Positions 1 through 9,700 of a DNA stretch of 64,000 nucleotides are shown here, piece after piece; position 1 is the stretch's first letter; every line of letters begins with the position of its first letter. The notes below the pieces were generated by a model. It was not told the origin of the DNA, ran no database searches, and saw nothing but the letters and a program-made list of their open reading frames with translations. The translations under genes were made by a program, and so were the position numbers. This DNA is from Neoechinorhynchus agilis. Lineage: Eukaryota > Animalia > Acanthocephala. The DNA lies in NCBI GenBank assembly GCA_051530055.1, contig CM121342.1:3285489-3349488 (forward strand), written 5' to 3'.

Positions 1-290
1 GCATATATTTTCGTACCTTCCTCCCTTCCGCTGCACTGGCGGCACCACCGGCGATTTCGAGGGAGTAGGGGATGTTGCTGGCTGCGAGGGTGTCCACACA
101 CGTGGCGTCCCAGAGAAGGCATTTGCCCTCCCGCCACGGGAAGACCGAAATTCCATCGGGCCTACGGCCGTCTAGTCTGCAGAGGTGGGCGGGTTCCAGG
201 ATGTTCGGGAAGTTCGCTGTTCTCAACGCCCGAGAAATTGACGGCGGTGGTGGCATCGTTGACGGCGGTGGTGGCATCGTTGACGGCGGT
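1..290 (-). mobile_element. 5'-truncated fragment of CRE-like non-LTR retrotransposon family B (RLE region)
   Basis: 1-220 is the reverse complement of ~23895-24110 (NFPNILEPAHLCRLDGRRPDG...WDATCVDTLA). 21-bp tandem repeat at 240-290 at the junction with the duplicated host block. Confidence 0.85.
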
Positions 291-1237
291 TAACTAAAAA
301 TATAATTTTCGATAACCGAACTTTAAATGGTTCCGCTTCTTTGGCAGAGAGTCTTCAGGTTAACATCATCGATCAGTTTCACTTCTTGCGATGGTTTCAT
401 TTTCTATATTAATGTTTTTAATTTTGTCTTAAAAATACTACGCCATCGCACATCAGTAGCAAATATCGATTTTCCTCGAACCCAAGCAATTAAGAATGTG
501 CCGATCGTAAAGTAGGATGAAATCAATGGAGATTACTTTAAAATAACTCATTCTTGTAAGTCAAAAAGTTTAGAAATGTTGCACTTAAATATTTGCACAT
601 TTTTGAGGATAGAAACTGGCGATATTCTGGATATATTTTATCGCATCGTTGGGTTTCATGAACGGTTCCTTGTTTAAATATTTTTGAACAACTTTTTTGA
701 AAAATCCTTTGACTTTAATTCCAAACTTGGGATGACATCGGTTAAATTTACAATATAAAAATTGGATTTATTCGAGCAATGCCGTCAGTATATTAATGCA
801 CCTTCCAGCGTTTATTTGGAAACAACTTTCCATAACACCAGTACTGGTTTCGCTTGCCGAAAAATAAACTAAAAGTCGTTTATTTTTAAAAGGTGTCTTA
901 AGTTATACGATTCATTCTAGAGAGAAATATTACTTTAAATTTCAAGTGGCGAGTCTGCATTGATCTTCTTAACAAATGGCAATGAATTTAGTTCGCTAAA
1001 ATTTATCTCGAAATCTGCTTTATAATTTTTGCGTGTCAAATCGATTTCCGCAATTAAGAACTTTTTTCCGTCGGTGATTTCGTAAAATTCTAACCTCTAT
1101 TTCTTACTTGTAATACAGAATTTCTCACTTCAATACCTTCAAGATAAACTATTTTGCGTCCTCGTCGACTTTTTTTGGGCTAATCCACATTTGGATTTCT
1201 TAGTTAAATAATGGACCTCATCATGGCAAAACGGATG

Positions 1238-1249
1238 CTATATAAGATC
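1238..1249 (+). promoter_or_regulatory. TATA box (CTATATAAGATC) upstream of G1
   Basis: TATATAA ~190 bp upstream of the G1 ATG. The identical 12-mer precedes the unrelated G2 gene. A TACTAAC branch point (1339-1345) and acceptor (1359) suggest a 5'-UTR intron. Confidence 0.55.
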
Positions 1250-1425
1250 TTCAAGGCAACATGCGAGCTTATTCAAAGTTTTTGAAACGATTCAAATCAC
1301 CATCATGCAAGCAAGCGTCAATGTTGACGAACTGTATTTACTAACGATTGTTACTTTAGGCATCGCAAAAACATACATTTAAATGTTGTTTGCTGCTATT
1401 CAGAGCTTGTGATAAATTGTGGAAT

Positions 1426-2896
1426 ATGTCGTTCAAGACTTTCAAAATGCTCGCAATATCCACGATTATTTTTATTTGGTTTATATCTTTCATATTTCCG
1501 TCACAAAGAACAGGTTAGAAAGTAGACGTTATCCTGATTTCTATTTTTTTATAGCCCGAGATTTGTACTTTATAAAGTATCCCAGCAAAGAATGGGGAAC
1601 TTTACTAAATACAGGTAAGATTTTCTGTTATTTAATAGCAAAAATTTGATTTGCTCCCGGTTTAGAGACTGATAAAAGTTGTATCGCAAAGCTGATTGGC
1701 ATTACCATCGATGAGAAACCCGATTCGGATATCGTTGGAAATCGCGACATGGAAAAGCTTATTAATTATCTAAACCAAGCAGACAAGAAGGATCCACAGA
1801 CTGCAATCAACGGACCATTGACCTCCATCAATAAAATGTACGGTGGATCGCCATTATTACCTGTATCGACACCAAATCCAATGTCACGACCGGCTAATTA
1901 TCCTATCGCCTCGTCTGGTGAATCAGTACACGGAATGGGATCGCCGATGAAAGTCGGATCTTCACCAGAAACGGAACCAATCGAAATGAAAAGCTTAACT
2001 GGCAATTCTATAGCTATGGCCAAACCAGTAATGAGTTCGACGTCTCCCAGTGCAGAAATAACAAACTCCCCGTCATACGATTTCGGTCACAATCAATGGG
2101 GAAATAACTGGTGGAATCAAAATTATCCATCAGGGTGGAATGACAGGTACAAGGGATATGGAACACAAGCATTGGCATCTCAGGCAAGCAAAGTAGAGGT
2201 GCCGTCTCCACAAAACACAAAGAGTACAGACGAAGAGGCGAGCCCAAAGACTCAAGGAATGGAGCACAAATCAATACTTAAAGGCGCTGATGTAAAACCA
2301 AAAATTATATTTGATGACTATCCAACAACGAATTCAAGTTTGAATATAGCCTCAATGAAGACGAACGCGCCAAAGCTCACAGAAACAACAAGCACCGAAT
2401 ATTTAACAACGACCAATGCACCGATGGAGGAAATAAAAATTAACACTGAAACTTCTACGATGCCGACTACCTTGTTCACCCAACAACCCGTTCAAATTAT
2501 CCAGTACTTCTTCCAACAACCTTTTGCTCCATCCGGAAACAATTTAGCTTCTGCCGTTCTCCCTGTGGATCTGCCTTTATGTTAGTATCTTAAAATTGTT
2601 GGAACCGAGGACAATTACGAACCTTTAGATCGTCCAGCAAACATGAATACCGACAAGCTTATTGAAAATGAAACTTCAATGGTTAAACAAGATACTCGTT
2701 CGGAGTTCAATGAGTTGAAAGGTGAGTTTCATACCGAACAACAAATCCAATGACTTAATTATCTTGTATTTACTTTAGCCATGATTCTCAGTCTAAAAGA
2801 GGAATTAAAAGCATCAAGTAAGAATGTTGATTTTCTTGGGTACCACGAACTGATCAATTTTTAGAGAAAACTGATTTCAATGTGTTTGAATATTGA
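1426..2896 (+). CDS. G1: spliced gene for a secreted Ser/Thr/Pro-rich protein (~408 aa; alternative start 1447), copy 1
   Basis: Exons 1426-1513, 1555-1614, 1666-2580, 2629-2721, 2779-2817, 2865-2896 joined by GT-AG introns of 41, 51, 48, 57 and 47 nt give one continuous frame. N-terminus MSFKTFKMLAISTIIFIWFISFIFPSQRTA looks like a signal peptide. The track ORF 1749-2585 is most of exon 3. The last intron is the least certain. Confidence 0.8.
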
Positions 2897-3119
2897 ATAG
2901 AATTTGCACCGAGCAACAGCAAGAAATTGTCTTTCCTAATAGAAAACAACATTAGTGAAAATGCGGTTAAGTTCACATCGAACGAGAAAAGTTAATAAGA
3001 CTTTTCGAAAGTGAAAAATAAAATTGTTTGGTGCGATGTTTAATTTTAGCTATGCATCGAATTCGATCTCGGTTTCGAGTTCACTTAAATCGCTATTGGA
3101 ACGTTAATCGCCGTTTCAT

Positions 3120-3192
3120 TCCCGAGAACCGGATTTGAACCAGCGGCCTAAGCATCTACAGTCCTCCGCTCTACCAACTGAGCTATCTCGGG
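3120..3192 (-). tRNA. trnY: tRNA-Tyr(GTA), intronless; G-G mismatch in anticodon stem
   Basis: Cloverleaf CCCGAGA/TCTCGGG-A73, D arm GCTC-AGTTGGTA-GAGC, anticodon loop CT-GTA-GA, T loop TTCAAAT. The anticodon 3' strand is TGCTT instead of TCCTT. Confidence 0.9.
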
Positions 3193-4099
3193 TTGGCCAC
3201 TGCTCATTCGAAGTATTCAATAAAATTTCGTGGTTTAATACGCTGTGTTCATAAGATGAAATTCATTACTTGGATGTAATGAATTGTTGCATTACTCAAT
3301 TTTAATTGGTCGTCTCTATCAAAAGGAAATTAAACGCAGTTTTTCAATTATTTAATTTCGAAATGATTTTTTATGCAAACTTGGACAAAATAAAATGATA
3401 TTTTGTAGTATTTAATTCTTTTTTCCGCGACGATAGTAAATCGGAAATTATAAGTTTGTTTATATTGTTCAAAAAAATCAGTTATAATTTTAGATCATTT
3501 TTGCGAATGAAGATCATTGCGCTTTTGATTACTGCGGTAACCAAAGTCCATAAAACACAAAATGTCGAACTTTGCTTAGCTGCCGATATTTACGTCCAAA
3601 GAATAAAACATCAGCTCTCGCTTTGAAATGAGGCAAATGAGAAACGCCTGAACGTTTTGTAGAGAACTTAATTATTTTAGAGTTTAAAACTGTGAAAAAT
3701 GTTATTTCATAATGATAAATAGCAGGTTTCAATAAATGCTCATTATCTTGAGACTATTAAGAAACGATTCAGAAGGTCTTCAAAAAAGTATGCGACGACG
3801 AAGAATAAGTTTTTCGAAAAGAGACAACTATGAAGGAAAATGAATATCACACAAGACGATGAATAAAATTGCAAGTTAATATTAACAAAATACGATCCAG
3901 CACCAAAGCAATAGGAGTTTAAATTATAATTTCAAGTTTTGTTTATATGGTCAAGACGTTGCACTTCCCATTCGAATTGGAAGCCGTATTTTAAATTCCT
4001 GACCAGACATTTTTATTCATCAAATTGAACTTTAAACGCGGTACAAAAAAGAGCAATTGGAGGCAGCAATCGAACAATTAAGCACAAAATTTAAATATG

Positions 4100-4545
4100 T
4101 TTACAAATGATTTTTGTTAAATTCAAGTTCGCTTGCGTTCACCGAATAATACCCTTGTAAGATTTTTAACCGACAATATAAACGCTAATAAATTTCAACA
4201 CCACAATTTTTACCTCATTTTATTCCCCTAACGAGCAAAACCCCCGAAATTGCAATTCTTTTCATCCTCCTTCAGCCTCGCAGATCCATCTTCCTCCACT
4301 CCATTTTCCATACTGCCAAATCTTCTCACGGATATCGAAATGAACCGAAGGAAAGACTCTACCTTACAAATTCTCCTACAAACGACAATCACAAACTTTT
4401 TCAACCCGACCAAACTCGTAATCCACTCCGAAATCAATAAACCGAATTCATTTATTTTATCATGACTCAGGTGTTTAAGAGGACCCAAAGGTACCTCGTT
4501 CCGTTTCTTTGTTCAATAATAAAACGCCTGATAACTTTAGAAATC
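4100..4545. repeat. Unclassified ~450-bp interspersed repeat C
   Basis: Reverse-complement copies at ~16620-16945, ~19120-19555, ~57715-58160 and a stub at ~41685-41725. It produces the recurring MGPLKHLSHDK... ORFs. Confidence 0.8.
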
Positions 4546-4618
4546 ATCCTCGTTCGTTTTAGAGACCCAGTCATAAAGACAAGAAACTCAACTTCATAAA
4601 AGATTGACTTTAACGGCT

Positions 4619-5080
4619 ATTTTTATTAATGGCGAATTTTTACCTCCTCGAGAGTAGAGAGATTATTTTTTGAATTTTCGAGGCCTTAGCCTCCTCATCA
4701 GACATCTAAAAGGGGAAATTCAGTCAGACGTCATCCAATCTCGCTATCTGGATTCAGGACCGCGGGATCGTTGGTCTACGACGGAGATTATTTATTGGTA
4801 GGTTCAATGCGAAATTGGTTTTGTTACCCTCCATCGTTTCTTCCATCTCGATAAATATCGTTTCCGCGATAGCGCAAGGGTCGCTAAGGTCGAGGACCAA
4901 TTACTTAGGCGACTAGTTATGGAAGCGACCAACGATCCCGCGCTCTTGAATCCAGATAGCGAGATTGGATGGCGTCTAACTGAATTTCCCCTTTTAGATG
5001 TCTGATGAGGCTAAGGCCTTGAAAATTCAAAATAAATTTCTCTACTCTCGAGGTGGCAAAAATTCGCCATTAATAAAAAT
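4619..5080 (+). mobile_element. Fold-back remnant of a Penelope-like element (3' end with inverted pseudo-LTR); ~158-bp inverted arms
   Basis: Arms 4619-4776 and 4927-5080 are near-perfect inverted repeats around a 150-bp core. The + strand reads ...LLRRLVMEATNDPALLNPDSEIGWRLTEFPLLDV*, resembling a PLE GIY-YIG C-terminus. The arms carry a hammerhead core. Confidence 0.65.
4672..4701 (-). ncRNA. Minimal hammerhead ribozyme-like motif (PLE type)
   Basis: Minus strand CTGATGA-G-GAGGC-TAAG-GCCTC-GAAA-ATT-C: both conserved core boxes, 5-bp stem II and palindromic AATT stem III. Stem I is weak. Confidence 0.55.
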
Positions 5081-5679
5081 TGAAAACCACTCGAAAGCAA
5101 CCTTGGATAAAATTTAACGGCTATCTTAAGCCAAAGAAAGCGTTTACATAATTTATTCATGAGAAAAATCGATTCCATGTTAGTTTGTCTGCTGCGCCAT
5201 TACCATGGCGTACAGTCGCCTGTCCGCTAGATCTAAAACATTCACATCCAACTTTCTCAAATCTCTATAATTCACATCAATGCTTGAGGCCACGGATCAA
5301 TGGAATCTTGATTATTTTGATCTTCATTCTTCGAACAAGAAGTCTCTATTGATTTTTAATAAAATGCTGTCGATCGACTGTAGAAAAAACCCTTTCAAGC
5401 GTTGGTGTTCGGTTATGAAATATTCTGATGTGTCTGAAAAAGCGGTCTTTAAGTTATTTTCTATGAAAGACCATTGACCTGAAATGTCCTGTAAAATATC
5501 GTTAACTTTTTTTATTGCCTCGAAAAAGCATAGGCGTAGGTGCGAGTGATGACTTGAGTTGCATTTGGTTCCAGTGGGCATAATGCTGCTAATTGGAGAC
5601 TGTGTATAGCAGATGCCGAATTTTTTTTTCTTGGAGCATATCCGGTCCCATTTAGCATCTTTGATCCTTTACAGCCATT

Positions 5680-6330
5680 ATGAGCTGAACTTTGCCTCAG
5701 AAAAAGGAATTGTCCCGAACATTATGTCGCCGCGATCCGAGCGATTTATCGAGAATGCTACACCTGCATGCGATGCCACAGCGGAACCATCGACTATTTC
5801 CGAGTCTCCGTGGGTCTGCAACAGGGTTCGGCCCTGAGCCCATTCTTGTTCACGATCGTGATGGACGTCCTAGGAAATGCGGAAAGAGAAATGAACCCGC
5901 CATGGACGACACTATTCGCGGACGATTTGGTGCTCACAGCTAGGGACGTGGACACGCTCAAGAGTTTGCTGAAGAGTTGGCGACAACGATTGGAGAGCAA
6001 AGGATTGAGAGTGGGCAGGCGCAAAACGAAATAAATGGGGCCGGGTAACCTCGATATGCAAGGAACTCACATCAAAAAGATGAACACCTTCAAATATTTG
6101 GGCAGCGAGCTCGAACCAGAGATCGGACAAAGAGTTGGGTGAAGAGCGCATGGAGAATCGAACTCGAGGGGAAAACGAGAAGAGGGAGGCCCAAGAAGAG
6201 GTGGGAGGACAGTGTGAGCGGAGATTTCAAGACGCTGGGAAAGGAGAAAAAAACTAAAAACGACAATGCTGAAAAGAACGACCTCTCAAGTGAGAGAAAA
6301 GTTCAAAGAAATGTTGTTGTACAATAAGTA
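5680..6330 (+). mobile_element. RTE (BovB-like) non-LTR retrotransposon fragment RTE1, internally deleted
   Basis: RT motifs VGLQQGSALSPFLFTIVMD and LFADDLVL; C-terminal GKTRRGRPKKRWEDSV typical of RTE. Frameshifted. Confidence 0.85.
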
Positions 6331-6691
6331 GAGTTTGCGATGGAAACTCTTGACTCAACCTTAATGAAGTTAATCTATGAATGCACGATTTATTTTAACG
6401 ATTTTTACATTTTACTCACTTTTTTTTAGCAAAGATTCATAGAGCCTTGTATTCGACGGAAAAATTAAGCATAATTTTAGTTTTTAAGCTCTGTTGGATT
6501 CGCCGCAACTTTCAAGGTAAGGTGTTTATTGACGAGATCATAGATAGCGAAGAGCGCAAGAAGTTTTTCTCCGTGAGTTAAGGTAAGGCTCACTTTTCAA
6601 AGAACATCAAAAGAGCATCGATTTTCGCTAACGAACTCTCACTGCGAAAAACAGCTTTCTAACTTTCACTTCTATCTCGAAACAATTTACA

Positions 6692-6773
6692 GTAAGTTGC
6701 GGCCTCGGGCCAAAGCCCAATGACGAGTACAGTGTCCGCTCGGACGCTTCAGAGGGCACCGAAAAAATAAAAG
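6692..6773 (+). ncRNA. Candidate kink-turn structured RNA, family X copy 1
   Basis: GTAAGT, hairpin GGC-ctcgg-GCC, then GCCC-AAT-GA-cgag...GTGTCC-gctc-GGACGC...ttca-GA-GGGC (6715-6757). Confidence 0.45.
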
Positions 6774-7034
6774 AAAATTTTTTGTATCCATCGATGAAGA
6801 TCTTTGTGTCTCAATTCCACAATTCGGGATGAAAATGGACATTGAAGATGTCAATGTGACCGCGAAGCATCGACATCCTGAAGGAAATGAATTAATATTT
6901 CGAAAAACCAATTCTTGCATTCATGCAAAAGGTTTTATTGCTTTAACTTTTCGCCGGAACGATTACATTAACGTTTCATTTGACTTTGTTTCTTCAACAA
7001 ATTCCAAAGGTCTTTACAATTTAGTGCATGATCC

Positions 7035-7310
7035 GCGGCACTCCATACTCCTTTCGTTCGATTTAGCGAATCGAAAGCTCGACGGAAATCAACAAATACG
7101 AGCGTCACATCCGTTTGATGAATTCGTGCCTCCTCGAGGATCATCCTCAAAGCCAATATGTGCTCTGTGGTGCCTCGACCTTTCCTGAAGCCGTTCTGGT
7201 CAATTCTTAGAAACGGTTCGAGGATTTGCTGAATTCGGCGTCTCAAAATGCTGCTGAAAAGTTTTGCCGTGTTGCACATCAAGGATATACTTCTGTAGTC
7301 CTCGACGAAT
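7035..7310 (-). mobile_element. RTE-like retrotransposon family RTE2 RT fragment
   Basis: DYRSISL...DQNGFRKGRGTTEHI...VFVDFRRAFDSLNR (RT domains 1-3); fused to CRE-A at ~7300. Confidence 0.85.
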
Positions 7311-9110
7311 CCACATTTGTACCGCAGCGGCATCGGTGGGGATGACACATCGGTAGTCCCAGTCTCATTGAAACTCCGACCCGTACTGCCTGGTCGAAGA
7401 GGAGTATCAAAGACGCAACTGCCCTAAAGCTTAAGCCGGTCAAGGTCGATCATTTCTATCCCGGGTGCAACATTTTCAAAGTTACGCTTTATTACGTCTT
7501 TTGCAGGGCCGCCCTCTGTGTTACGGAACAGAATTTCGCACTTTTCTGTGTTCAATTCAATGAACAGCATGCTTGTCCCCATCTTGATTTTCTCCAGGTC
7601 CATTGCCTCCTAGCGTAGTATCGTCCAGGTACCAGGCATTGAATTCTGCATCAAGAGAATGCGCTAATTCGTTCGCTGTGAGCGCGCAACCAATGGGATC
7701 TAATGGGTCTCCTGGTTGAACGCCTCTTTCGGAAGGAATGATGTGATCGTTGAATACAAGAGGGGTCGCAGCTCAGTACGAAGTTCTAAAATACCCGTAA
7801 GCCTCCTGTGCGTGATCTCTGACAGCTTTTAAGAGCGAGTTGCGATTAACGGAATTGAAGGCGTGGATCAAACACGGTTTGGCGTTCTCAATAACAAATG
7901 TACGGAGTTGCGTGGACTATGGCTTCCGCGCCACCAAGGAGTGCAGCAGCCTAGTTGAACTGGACAAAGAATTTCAGCAAGACCTTCTGATACTCGCCGA
8001 GAATTCACTTTCCCTGCAAGTTGTCTCAATGTAGAGCCAATCGCGATTGGGCGAATCCCACCGTCCTTCTTTTCTAAAGCGCGGAAGGAAGCACATAAAA
8101 ACAATTCGATCACTTTGGGGGACAGGTTGTCTCCAGAGAAAACGCCGACTAACCGAGTTAAGGCGTTCAGGAGAACATGGGATGGATCATCTACGGAGAA
8201 GGACATCATGTCCTTTAGGTGCTGAGCCGAAGCCGGTCGAGCCCATCGGTTGACTCATTTGAGAACGAACAAACGGCTTTCTTAACAACATCAACCGAAA
8301 ATTCTAATGGGGTGCACCATTGGATCATCTCCGAATATCCTAGATGACCAGTGGGTCAAGGATGTTTCTCTCTGAGAAGTTGGTGAGTTTTCGTATCATC
8401 TCTTGCAAATTCGTTGGTGGATGATAGAATGTGAACCACGCCTCTCACATCACCATCGGCGAGTTTAGAAGACAGTCTCTGAGTCATTGAACGGGTTGAA
8501 ACTCGGCTCGGATTCGGTGGCTTTGAAAAATCTCCCCTAAAAACCTGAGCTTTGCGTAGGACCTCTACAAACGAATTATCGAAGGAGGACACCCGGTTTT
8601 GGATGAGGGTAACAAGGGACACGTCAGGTGGTACTCCAGAGCACCAGTCTCGGGAACGCGAAAAGGCTTGTCCAAGATATTTCGATATTTGTCTCGAGAC
8701 ATTCGCTCAGCTGAATACCTCTTCGCTGCCTGAAATCGAGCGCCCTTCGGGATAATTTTCAGGATGTTTCTGGGCATGTTTGCTAGCAGAAGGCCGGAAC
8801 TAACACGTCGGTAATCCCTTGGACCGTGAGTCCAAAATTCTCCCAATTTGGTAATTTTGATCTGCTTGTCACAGATCGGGCAATTATATGCCGAGACCTT
8901 CGGATCTCGGGCAGCATTGGCCTCAGCGCCCAGAGCAAGTGAAATTTCCGACTGCCGCTTGTTCTCTACAGGTCCTTTGGACCAAAGTTGATTTTGTGAA
9001 TTTGCAGCGTCGATCCTCCTGTGATCCGCGTGCGTCAGCAGCGTCGGGCGTGGGCGGTGCGACATGCGGCGAGTCGTGATTTGCAGAGATGGTGGGGACG
9101 GCGGTGGAAG
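7310..9110 (-). mobile_element. CRE-like non-LTR retrotransposon family A, degenerate 5'/RT portion
   Basis: CPICDKQ N-terminal motif, QHLKDMMSF, GGIRPIAIGSTLRQLAGK, QLGCCTP; reverse complement of ~48.7-51.1 kb with a deletion. Confidence 0.85.
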
Positions 9111-9609
9111 AAACTGATCGATTTTTAGTAAAATCCATAAACTCTTCGATTTCCACTTGGTCTTTTACATCGGATTCGCAAACATGAAATCCTTTCAGAA
9201 TTGACGTTTTGAACGCTGCGTGATTTACAATAACCGACAATATCGATTGATTTGCTAGTCAACGTTTTTTTCAAAAGGAAGAGAAAACCTTTGACGAATA
9301 TTTGGTATCTGTGAAGGCGATGGAGAATCATCTTAAGAAATCTGCATCTCATTGATTCAGCCGAAAATTTAAGACCTTTCCTTAAAACGAAGGCGAATTA
9401 ATTTGCGGTTAAACAAAAATCGCCTACTTTTCGATGAAAGTTTGTAAATATCGTTTTTCCCGTAAATCCATTAATAAGTTCATCTTTGACTAAATGAATC
9501 AATTGAACATCGTCTTTATTCAACTTTTTCTACTTCGTTCTGGTGTCGCAGTTTAATGTGTAGAATTTTTTTTTTGCTTATTGCCAATATATTTGGTTAC
9601 TTTTCTTTA

Positions 9610-9700
9610 CATTCACCACCTCCCACCAAATTCCAGCTTTTGTCCTTCCTCGACCGTCGCCATCACGCTGGCAGCATTGCCCCGTTGTACTGCCAGCGAG
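9610..9700 (-). mobile_element. Short 3'-end fragment of CRE-like family B
   Basis: Reverse complement encodes LAVQRGNAASVMATVEEGQKLEFGGRW*, matching 24270-24353 and 17665-17757. Confidence 0.75.

Larger units (their letters stand above)
290..4560. repeat. Segmental duplication arm (G1 + tRNA-Tyr + repeat C), inverted copy of ~57715-61955; partial inverted copy at ~27540-30650
   Basis: Colinear reverse-complement match; across G1 and the tRNA, position x maps to 62247-x (ORF 1749-2585 vs 59662-60498; tRNA 3120-3192 vs 59055-59127). Confidence 0.95.

Noticed and set aside
1419-1649. 76-aa ORF MEYVVQDF... (and copies at 29570 and 60598) as a separate gene
   Set aside because: It overlaps G1 exons 1-2 and introns; only part of it (exon 2) is in the real G1 frame.
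3120-3192. tRNA-derived SINE or tRNA-targeted retrotransposon insertion
   Set aside because: The tRNA copies lie inside larger duplicated blocks with shared flanks. There is no poly(A) tail, TSD or adjacent element at a fixed distance.
4228-4488. MGPLKHLSHDK... ORFs and their antisense ORFs as a protein family
   Set aside because: The frame is not maintained across copies (stop in the 19.2-kb copy, altered start in the 57.8-kb copy). Treated as repeat C.
4619-5080. Classical MITE (DNA transposon)
   Set aside because: No TSD was found, the flanks are duplicated along with it, and the hammerhead core and GIY-YIG-like C-terminus point to a PLE origin.
6715-6757. K-turn motif as a SECIS element, canonical C/D snoRNA, U4 snRNA or SL RNA
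   Set aside because: Helix II is far too short and there is no apical AA for SECIS. The D box is CAGA and the interior is only ~20 nt and self-paired. There is no U6-pairing 5' region. An Sm-like AATTTTTTG follows family X only, not Y.
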